This document shows positions 53,201 to 64,000 of a stretch of 64,000 nt of DNA, one piece after another (the stretch's first letter is position 1; the number at the start of each line of letters is the position of its first letter). Under the pieces are notes generated by a model, which made no database searches, was not told the origin of the DNA, and was given only the letters and a program-made list of their open reading frames with translations. Source of the DNA: Fimbriosthenelais zetlandica (taxonomy: Eukaryota); assembly GCA_977030845.1 (NCBI GenBank), contig OZ365114.1, positions 21,886,001 to 21,950,000 on the forward strand, written 5' to 3'. Made by a program: the position numbers and the translations under genes.

Positions 53201-55382
53201 CAATGCTTAGCCTTGCCCTCGCTGATCTTTTATCTTCATCTTTGTCAATATGAGACAGAAGATATGGGGTAGAGCAAGTATACCCACTTTGAGAGATGTA
53301 TGCAGTACGCACCTATCTCAAAGACAAAGATATTACCAGAGGTTATTCAGGTGCAGCTAGAGCCAGAGAATGTGTACTCAATCTCTACTACCCCTCTATC
53401 AGAGGGTGGCTATATTCTGTGCCACCCTATGTTTAGTATTGTGGTGGCAATGCCTATGAAGGGATTCCTCGGTTGTGCCAGAGTGAACACAAAATATCAT
53501 AGATTGTATACCATTCTGAGAAAGATCATGCCAAGGTCTATTCAAGGAACAGTCTCTTGATCTCTCAGCATTTGATGGTACCAGTCAGAAAATAGATTTG
53601 CACTTTGGGATTAAATTATTTACAAACTATATGTAAACACTAAACGAAATTGATTTCACCGAACAATTGAATTTCTTGCCTAGTTTCTGTCCTTGGTTTG
53701 TCTTTAGACTTTTTTACATGTCATCTTAACTTAAGAGTGTTCATCCTCACAGCACAAAAATGACACTTTGATGGCCAGTTCTGCTGATCTCCAGTGCTGG
53801 TCGTCTTACCAAGCTGACGTGTGATCCGCCAGCCTTTGGCAAGTCATAATAACCACCCGTCATCTCACTAATGGTAGAACACTCACACTGCGATGCAGCG
53901 AGGGAAAGCAAGTCACAGCTAGTCACATTCAGTGCTAAGACTTGGCAGTCCTCCTTCATCCGTCCTCCACACCCAAACCTATCATTCTTCTTATTCAAGG
54001 ACTGGGATACACCACCACCATTTGGCCCACGATTTAACTGTCAGCTTTAAAACTAGAGATAAAACATCAGCCTGTTATATTTGTTCATTCCATTTAGGTG
54101 ACCAATAGTTTCACTGACCGAATCGAATCATTATTATTTATTAGAGAAGTCGACCAAAAGGAAACCATGATGAGAGTTCTGCTTTGTGCAGCCTCAGTCT
54201 AACTTCCATGATAATCCTGTCCTACCACCGTTAGATTCAATGACAAGCAATTCCAGAAGCTGATTACTTTAATTAATTGGAATCACTGGCCATTAGGGAG
54301 AGGTAGTATAGGAGTGAAGTCTATGGCTTGGAGATCCTGACAGGGAGAATGACAGGGGCGTGCAGGAAGCCCACAATGACAGGCGCCTTCCCCCAAGCCC
54401 CCTCAGATTATAGACTCGCCATCTAATATTGTCCCCTATACCAATATAAGCAATGCTTTATTACGTGGAGGAGGCAGGGCTATAACAGGAACGGCCGCCA
54501 ATGAAGAGATTATTGTACTGCGAAGTATCAGCTATAGATTACATAATATGGATCCGAGAAAGGAAAGTTGTGTGTAAGAAACTTTATGGAAGGCTGAGTA
54601 AAATACATTGATAAGTAAGCAATGAAGAATGGCCATTGCTGGCTCAGAATATCTGAGGCATAAAAATCCAATGACTAGCAAGCACAGCATACGCACACAA
54701 CTCTGCTTCTTATCAGGGACCGTCAGAAGGTCCAGAATTAATCCGGCAGGGACCCGAGCAATTAGAGCCCAATTAGGGAAGCATTAGCTTCAAAACTAAC
54801 TCCAGTCATGGAAAGCACATGTTAGTATTCCACACAGTGCAGGCTTTCCTCTAACAAACAGAAGTAGGGGAGTGGGCGTCGGTGTATGAAAGGCTGGCAG
54901 GACGGGACAAAATGACATCTCATATAGACTTCTCTCTTATTTAATACGAAAATTGCCCTCCAATTAGCTGTCAAAGAGGAGGTACAAATTTCTGGGGGTA
55001 AATGACAGAGAGCAAAATTGTATAGTACATGGAATATGCCATCAGGGTTGGGACATTTACCAGTGACAATATTGTGAACTCACGTCCAATTGAAGACATT
55101 ATTTAGGATAATAGTAGAGAAAAACAACTTAAGTACAATTCATTTGAAATGTTTTCATTACAGGATTAAGTCATAAAGATTTCAAATCATTGAAATAAAG
55201 GCGATATACAGGAGATTTGAGTGTATGGTGTGCGTGGTCTCATGAAGAAGCAAACCGGAACCTGAGACAGAACCCCATTTCTACCCTACTCACAACCTGG
55301 CTTTGTACATACGTACTACACAGAATCTTGTGTCTTCACTTCTATCTTCTAACCTGGACAATGGATTTTTCCAGTCACTTAC

Positions 55383-55460
55383 CACACACCAAGACAAAAG
55401 ACCGAGCCTCGGGCTCCCATGATCACTCACCTGAAAAACAACAAGAAAATTTAATGAAAT
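55383..55460 (-). other. Candidate recursive splice site with 48-nt RS-exon
   Basis: Minus strand cattaaattttcttgttgtttttcag|GTGAGT at 55431/55430, with a second donor GTG|gtaagt after 55383. Confidence 0.65.
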
Positions 55461-55831
55461 TTCATTCAATAATTTATCAAGCAGCAGCCAAGGCTTCAGT
55501 TCTTGCAGGTGATAAGGTCAATATTACTTATTTATAACATGGACGGCCGTGACATAAATCATGAGGCCAATTGACTTTGAATGGAGTAATTTGAGTTCAA
55601 AGACTGACGGGCATGCAATGCACGTCATGAGACTTTAAATAGCATCAAATTGTCTCTAATTTATTTTATACAGCTGTAAACAATCCATTCACAATTTCCC
55701 TGGTCTTTTCTCAGATCAAATTTATATAAATTTAATAACGAGGGATAGACTTGCACCAAGGCTTCAATGAAATGACGTTCATTGAATTTATTACACTGCA
55801 TGGAAATCCCAATCCAAAAATGTACCAGTGC

Positions 55832-55845
55832 GTTGCCATGGAAAC
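55832..55845. promoter_or_regulatory. RFX X-box GTTGCCATGGAAAC
   Basis: Exact match to the X-box consensus. Confidence 0.55.
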
Positions 55846-58800
55846 TTTAAAGGTTAGTAGGTGTAGGTAAACCCGAAGCCTACATGAAATGTCAGTGTAG
55901 AACTGGGATTCTATCGCTGGGCTTTCAAGTGCAGATTCCTTTTTGGCAAGGGCAGGAAAATAAATAGACTTGATCAAGTCAGGGACAACACTGAACCCAT
56001 GAGATGCACTATAATTTGTGGAAGGCACAGCTCAATATATTATATTTTAGAAGGTAGGAATAAGAAATATCTTAGGATGGTGTTGAGTTTGGATATCCTA
56101 GGCCTATTTTAACTAATTATTTGCCAATACTGCTGTAACATATGCTAAAATGTCTGACTAGATAAACCTTGTGTAATTAAACTTGAATTATTTGTATATT
56201 AAATTAAGTAGACATATTAAATTGAGGGGTAGCAAGTCTAGTAGACAGAGACCAGATGCCTGGCTTGTTAGCAGGGTGCACTATAATATACCTGTGTTTC
56301 TGGGCTGGAATCAAAGGCTGGTGGTGCAGATAGGGGTAAGGTAATAAGGCTGATTCTTAGTGCGTGGGCTGGATTTATATAGGAAAGAAACCCTATGGTT
56401 GTATTGCACCCTATATTGGCAAGCTTCACTAGACCTAATATATATATCCACCTCACCAGCCGCCTTCCCCACCTCCTATATCTAAAGAAACGAACAAAAC
56501 CATTCATGCTATCTTAGATGTGCATTTTACGTGACTTCCACATCAGCAGAAGTTAAACAGGGTTGTTTATCAAACTATAGCTTTCTATGAAATGTCCAGA
56601 ATTCCGTCAATGTAAACTACCATAGCTGTATATATAAGGTATAGGCCTACATCATGCAGTTTAAGTAGCCTAAAATATTGGCCAAAAAATACGATAGAAA
56701 TCTTAAATTATTGGTGTGTATTTGGTGGAGAGAATTGGGGGAGATCCAGCAGTGGAAGGCACGTTTATCTTGGTTCCTAACACTCTATGTACAGGCCTGT
56801 TATCTTGCAGCTCACGGAGCCATTAGAGGCCCGTGTATAGAGGGGCTAGAGGAGGAGCAGGAGGAGATAGAGGTCAAGCTGCGTAATGTAAGGAGCAGCT
56901 CACACATTATTAACACCATACTAACACCATCTGAATTATAATACTCCTGGAGGCCCACGATACTTAGCTATATTCTACCAAGGCTTAGGCTGTTGTTTAT
57001 GGTTATAATATAGGTGAATCTGGGCAATAAAAGAGCTGTAATGCCAGATGATACATTAGAATGTATACACCAAACTAACCTGGTCCAAAAATTACTTTTT
57101 GTACAGGACCTACTCCTATATTCAGACCATTTAGGGTCACTATTGTAAATATGTAATCACACACAGGCCCTGGTGGCTACTCTGGGTCAATACCGGAATC
57201 CCCCATAGGACGATTTATCAAGAGCTGGTCAGTGGGCATCAATTAAATGCACACTTGTCCCTTGTCACCCATACAAAGGCTGTACTTGAAAACACTTACA
57301 CGTGCCTTAAAGACACAGGTAGGTTGACACGGCTACTGTAGTACTGCTGAGCAGCAAGTAGATATGTATTGGACACATAGGAGGACTTGTTCAGCCACCA
57401 CCTGCCCTCCTCCTACACTTCATCTAAGCTCAATTTAAGCTCAACTATAGCGGCAGGATATCTCCACATCTCTCATTGGCAGCGGATGAATTATGAATGA
57501 TCCATTGTCTCTCTATGTAAGAGCCTGAGATCGCTAGCTGCTACTGAATGTTAGTATCAGGAGGAGTCACATTCTGCTTTAGACCCATCTTGTATATTTA
57601 ATACAGCACATTGATGGCATCCTCGCCAGATGAGGCTGTCTTCACGATAGGCTATAGAGTGGCAGTGCATGTCAGGGTTTTTTGATGACGGAGCTGTCAC
57701 GTTGAATTTGAAATCTTATCAAGCTTGGTATAAAGAAGGTGGAGTGGTGGGGTTTTTCTTGTTCATTTTCAGCTTGTTACTGTCTGTTGTGGAGGTGAAG
57801 GGATGAAGGAGATGTCGTGTAATTTGTCTCTTACCCTTACATCAAGCCGCTCACAGTCTGCTGCCAGCTATTGCCTTCCTGTCACTTCTAACTAGACTCT
57901 ATACCAAACCCGAGCAACTATAAACCACCGTCAACCATGGATCAATGAAAAGTCTGAACAAAAGACAAGCTGGGCTCTATACACATTCATTGAGTCAATG
58001 ATAAGACACTCCCCCAGTAAGGTAAAGATAATGCCGGGTCAGCCGGGGAGTGACGCAGCATCCTTTACATGATTAAATGAATGATATATCATGTATAGGA
58101 TGGGGGACAGCCAGTCTATACATCTATAAACCATCATCTCACTGAGAGCTTCTTGTAGCATCGCTCTTAAGACGAGCATCAGGATGCGGCCAGGTGGGAC
58201 CGGCCACTCATGCAAAGAATCAATCGATAAGTTTGTCTAAAAGACCGCACCAGAATCACATTCAGATCAATAATGTGTTGAATAATAGATCAAAGGTTAT
58301 ATCATTGTTAATGGGATTCTCAGGACAGGCTTACATAAACTAACTCCAGCTAGACGTGTGCAGACACATCGACCTATAATTCAATGTCGTGCATGCTTCA
58401 AAACACTGAAAAGAGTTGTAAGTACAGACACTTCAATTCCTGGCAGAAGCTGACTAAATGTTGGCAAATTAAAAGAAATAGTAAAGACATTCAGAATCTG
58501 TAAAATATCATTGAGAAATTCATGATGAATCTTCCCTGTATAATATGCATATTGCATTTTAGGTTTTGTTGTATATATTTTAGTCAATAAGAGATGGATT
58601 GATTACCATTAGGTCAGACCCTCAAGCCTCCCTCAATCCCCCATAACACGTGTGGGTGAGGGGAGGGTTGTTACTTACTGTGTATAGGGATAAGGACCCA
58701 TTAATCTGACTAGCAATGTTGGGTAAGACTTCCTAAGATGATTACACTGGCTCCCTCAGCCCACATTAAACATCTCCATTTAGGATATTGATCATCCCTC

Positions 58801-61800
58801 TCCACCCTCCCTTCTCACAGTACAGCTTCATGAGGGGGCGGGTGAGGGGGGGGGGGTTGAATGAGGGGGAGGTATTGTAAGCTTTGCTGCTACTTGTGAG
58901 CCTAACAATGAAAATGAGTAGAAGATCTAGGAGATCTATGGCTGGTTGAATACACAGGAGTCCATGGCAGTTCTTCCCTTTAGAATCAGGACTGAGTCTT
59001 GTTTGGAAATGAATCATTCATTAGGTTTATCTGTGAGTAATCAGGCAGCACATTTCTCGACCCTTTACACACATTTTGGAGAAATGTAGGTCATTTTAAG
59101 AAGGCATTATAAGATCTGATAACATTCAAATCTGTGAATGTTCTATAATTAATGCCATAACAGATCCGCATTTGACGTTACTGCAGAAATAATGTAAGGT
59201 AGATCTGTCTTGTGGTAATATTTCATTTTATACAAAAATATCCACACATATAGATTAAAATCGTTATCTAATCAAAGAAGACATAAACCCCTGTCAGCAA
59301 AGACGCGGGGATAGTGTATGGTAGAACGGTAATAGTGGGCAAAGAGGCTTGGCTAGCCGTGAAGACCAACACAAAGAGAAATCAAAGGCTGCCCACAAAG
59401 GCGGTCATATACAATGACCTCCTATCTCTCTCATAACGCCCCAATGCACAGAATTTTTCAGGGAGATTTATCGATCATACCAACAATGCTAGCGGAGAAA
59501 GCTCTGTGAATGTGGTGGACATAGCGATATGGCCTAGAGAAGGAAGGAGGCGAGATGGGCCGTGAACTTTGAGAAATTGTCTTCTTGGGGAAGGAAAATC
59601 CCATTTGTATCCCATACCAAAAAATGCTGAACAGTCATATTACGATAGGAGTTGTCATTTTTTCGAGGAGAAAAGGTATGGTTTCTTGAGGGGAAATGAC
59701 AGCCGGATTGAAAATTGAGAGGGATGATGGAAGGCTCTGTCAGCCTGCAGACCCTGTAATTTCAACCTACGCCATGGGCAATTCCCTGTTACTCAGAATA
59801 AAGTGGCATTCAGCAGAGGTTCTCAGCAATATTATATATCAAAAAATGTGGATCTTCAACTCCAATGGCAGACATTCAACTATGAAAGGATATATTGTTG
59901 AGTCTGGACTCTAAGATAAAATGCTGCAGCATAGAAATATAGTCTATACACCATAGACTCATTTGAATACATCTGGAAGTAAGATGCAAGAAAAGGGAAT
60001 ATATATGACAAAAGAGAAAGAAGATAGGAATCAGACAATGCCTGGCTGATGGAAACCATTCAGTCCCGGGAGATAATTTTTTATGACAGGAGTCTGAAGT
60101 CAATGAGAGGTACTCGTACATCTGGTTAGTGCAAAACGCCCGGCTCTCTAGTAGTGCATATCTATGGCAACCATCTCCAGGGCAATGGTAACGAGGGCAA
60201 CAAGAGGGGGGCATGGCAACTAGAAGCACAAGTCAGCAGTGTGGGTGGAGGCTGAGGACAGGGGGTAATATGTGAGGGTAGAGTCACTGGATGCCATCAT
60301 GTGTTCTACATGTAGAAAAGCTCTCCGGGGCGTACCAGGCTGTCCCCTCAAATAATTTTCAGCCTTGACAGGCAAGGGCCATTGAGGCCTCGTCCAATGA
60401 ATATTTGCTCTCAAATTAGACTCGGGTTAGTCATGGATCTGTATAGATTGTACCTAGAAAAGGTCCTCCTCCATCAAGAATCAATATACATGTACAAGGC
60501 GCTTTGCACAGAGAGAGTAGCCTATATATTTTAATGATTATTAATGATAGATCTGATTGTGGTCAGCAAATGCACTGAGCCACTAATACACTACGCTATG
60601 AGTTTTAATATAAATTTGATATTATCCTATCAATATTCAGCATAGCCAAACTATTGCCAGAACCTGAATATTCTGGCATTATGATGCACATATATGATAG
60701 CTAGTATACGATAGTTGATATTCACAGAAAGGCTTCTATAGTCCTATGTACCAGCACTACATCTTATCTTAGTCGTTTATACCCATCACCGCAGGCGCCA
60801 CTACAATAGCAGTGCACATTTTACAATTCATGGCGACCTGGGGGCTGTCTGACTTGGATGGTCTAACACAAGACCCTCTCATTGATATTGATGCTTCGAC
60901 AAGCCTCCGTCCATTACCATACATATTTATTACACACGGCACACAGTGAACCATTTAAAGTCTTACCCTATCTTACTCTTCAAACTGTCACAGAGGGGTT
61001 TAGGGATTCAACCGGTCATGAAAGAGGCTCACCCAAAACGTAACTCAAGTAGACACTTGAATAATAAAAGAAAATGCCCAAATCGCATTGAAAAGTCATG
61101 TAATGGTGAATACTAATTGAAAAGATTTGACATAAATAAAAGTGAATGGTGGCTCCAAATGCACCACTGGGGCCGTTCAAAAATCAGAGAACCTGGCATC
61201 CGGCCAGTTTGGTGGAAATATTGATCAAAATGCCTGGCGCCCGGCTATCCCACAGGAGCCCACTCAGTGCCTTATCGTGCTGGTTTTAGACTAGGACCTT
61301 GCCGAGTTTCCTTTCCTCCGTTCTCGTAAATCCTTAATATATTGGGCTTTTCCATGGAAGGTTATTGGAAGCGTGTCCCAAACCAAACACATTGGACATA
61401 ACCCTGCAGGGTGCTTTATCTCAACACATCCTGTTAGGTAAGAGCAACATGCTTTACATGTAAAATGTGGGGAAATGTTCATCTTGGTGGCAGGATTTAG
61501 TGGCATCTAATCCACCCCATCTCTTAAAGATTCTGGGTGAACAATAGGAAGGTGTAATAGGTGCCACTATTGATATGGACGCGGAGAGAGGTGGTAAAAC
61601 GATGGCAATTACTTTGTTTACAAAGGCATTCCGTGAAGCCAAGAGACATTCCATCCTAACAGACAATATTGGCCTGGCCTATGATGTCTCACGTTCAAGC
61701 CTGGTCAGACCATGTCATGAATACTGTATCCAACACACACTAACCCATACTCCTCTTCAAATCAGTGTCAACAACATCATCTCAAATGATTAAGCTTCTT

Positions 61801-63102
61801 ATCTGGTCATTAATTTAAAAGTTCATTCAAATGTAACTCAACAGGTATTGTGGGATGATTTTTATAAGCTGTTTCTGTGATATTCGAAGCAACCTTGTTC
61901 AATATATTATTGAAAGGGGAAGCATTTGCTGCAGCTACATATTTCCATAAGCTGAAAACAGCGTTGACTGGCGAACAATGATATAATATATGAGCCATCA
62001 GCACCTCCCCCTGCGGAATACTGTTACTGTCATGATTGGCTTTAAGCTCATAAAATCTGAATAATTGATAAGAGGAAAATGTTAACATATATACACATCT
62101 CTGGGCCTGCCTCAGCACAAGGGCTTTATATTGGTGTTCATATAATAACTCATAACCGATTATATTATGATATCAATCTTCAAAAATAAGACATTTTCTA
62201 TTTAGTAAATATTGACTTAAAGAGCCTGATTCGAGGGTTCAAATAAGTATTATAGTTAGGAGAGAGAAAGTATGGTGCAATAGTATAATATTATAGATTT
62301 CCACAATGTTCAAAGTCCTTAAATTTATATACCGTTTCAATTATATTTCATGAATGTATATCATATTACTTTTCATGTTTATTCCATATTGTGGATTTCA
62401 ATCAAGGGATGACATGGGTCATAAAGGGTCGTCAAGGGCCAAAGGAGGGCAGCCATTTACCCTCTCCACCAAAACAGATGAAAAATCAAAGAATTTATTG
62501 TTCCAGATGGTGCAGTAGCCGTGATAGATGGGGGAGCAATGCTTTAATCATGGCGAGCTGACTGTCAATGTATGTGACCATCTCTACATGTAATGTCAAC
62601 CTGGTCCAAGCTCACATCAAAGGCCTGCCATATACAGCCTATAAAGTTAGACTGTAACCATGAAGTGGTCCACAGTACCGGGCCAGATGCCTCCCACCCC
62701 CGCAGTCAAAGCTGAGAGACAGGTTAACATACATTACTATCAGAGACAGGGCAAGGAGGGACTCTTCACTGATCATGTGCTCAAGGGTGCAAAACCAGTG
62801 TCAACGGGTTCAAAGCCATCACTATAGAAGGTCGGGGAATGATGGGGACATCAGTGGTAACTCTACAACCAGGGCAAATGGTGAGGGGGAGTCATGCGAC
62901 TTGGTCAGCGTTATCACTTTGTTTATTCATGTATAAAGGGAGAAACGGAAATTTCCCAATTACTTCCACTGTATGGAGATTCATAGTGAGATATATTTCT
63001 TCATATGATCTGAAGAGCTGGTATGATTATTCTGCGTAGAAAAAAAATCAGCAGACTCCACCGGGCAGCCAGACGGCATCATGAGCATGAGATACTCCTC
63101 AC

Positions 63103-63111
63103 CTGAGGTGA
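63103..63111 (-). other. Candidate 9-nt microexon TCACCTCAG
   Basis: Minus strand tgtctgctctctctgttttttctgtag|TCACCTCAG|gtgagg: strong pyrimidine tract containing TGC, frame-preserving, stop-free in all phases. Confidence 0.45.
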
Positions 63112-63422
63112 CTACAGAAAAAACAGAGAGAGCAGACATGGATCCACGAGGGGTAACATGATCAGCTTATATCTCCATACACTGCTTCTGCTTTTCCGTG
63201 CCTCCAGGGTGAAGGGCCTCTTTAGTAAGCTATATACAAACACCAGATTAAGAAAGGAGTGTAGGACTACAGATCCTTACACCCACATACCCCCAGTGTA
63301 ATTCAGCCCATAACACACCCCAAACACCGGCCTAATCCACCCTCCACTATATCTCCCCACCAGAGAAAGAAGACTCCCCAAACACACACAGACAAAAACA
63401 TTCGATTTCCTCTAACCTAATG

Positions 63423-63456
63423 GTTGCCATGGCAACTGTCGGTTCTCCATGGCGAC
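63423..63456. promoter_or_regulatory. Tandem RFX X-boxes GTTGCCATGGCAAC and GTTCTCCATGGCGAC
   Basis: Perfect palindromic X-box followed 5 nt later by a second near-consensus site. Confidence 0.6.
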
Positions 63457-64000
63457 CATCGCTGGGGATGGGGGTTTAGTTATGCTGTATCTTCTCCCTT
63501 GGTTCTGGAGAGAATAGATCGAAGGGATAGTTTCAAGCAGAGGCGATGGAGAGGAAGAGAAAAAGAAAGGGGGAAAGGGATGGCTGCTTCACCGCAGATT
63601 CAATGTTCTCAAGATGGATCTATCCTCGGTGACACATAGCGTTTAGGATAAGCATGCAACCCTTCCATGTTTCATATTCAAATTTAGAACACAGAAGAAA
63701 ATATTCTTTTACCATAGCTTTGAAGAAGAAACATTTCTGTTTGGTTAATCAAGCAAATAAATTGGTACAAAGCAAAATATAAAGTAAGCTTTCTGTCACT
63801 TACATCAAAATATTTGCAAGATGACATAAATCACAACTGATGGAGTGAATAACGCTACATCTACCTCTGGTATGTCATGAATTTGTGGAACTTCTCTTGG
63901 CAGAATTTACACGCACACGCACATAGACGTACAACTTTCTTTCGATTTAGGTTGATAGCTAAACTCTTCTAGAATTACATTTTCCAGAAGCTTGCCTCTG

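Noticed and set aside
57300-57305. 6-nt microexon candidate GCACGT on the minus strand
   Set aside because: Uses a rare AAG acceptor with a modest tract; insufficient support.
551-63639. The ~120 short ORFs (60-143 aa) in the six-frame track
   Set aside because: No recognisable domains or coding composition, and they lie in introns. Only 22369-22596 carries real KIF13 sequence in frame; others overlap KIF13 exons on the opposite strand.

Overview
Animal (probably invertebrate bilaterian) genomic DNA, almost all of it intronic. The whole window lies inside a large minus-strand kinesin-3 gene of the KIF13A/B (Khc-73) type. Six motor-domain exons were found and joined in frame by hand: 37371-37317, 37170-37113, 28225-28133, 25336-25156, 22546-22459 and 22229-22095. 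I found neither the first two coding exons nor any exon after the switch-I region, so the flanking introns appear to be >26 kb and >22 kb. Nested antisense in the downstream intron is a single-coding-exon type I transmembrane mucin (6256-7827) ending in a podocalyxin/CD34-like PDZ motif (-DTAL). The most interesting signal is three near-identical sites on the KIF13 strand: strong polypyrimidine tract, CAG|GTRAG, then a second donor 48-58 nt downstream (55430, 44360, 11036). They divide the giant introns into ~7-11 kb pieces, the architecture of recursive splice sites with RS-exons. Also present: candidate micro/cassette exons mapping to motor loop 2, many RFX X-boxes, two internal promoter-like modules, and an intact hAT MITE with an 8-bp TSD. 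Nearly all short ORFs in the supplied track are intronic noise. All calls are from reading the sequence; no searches were run.
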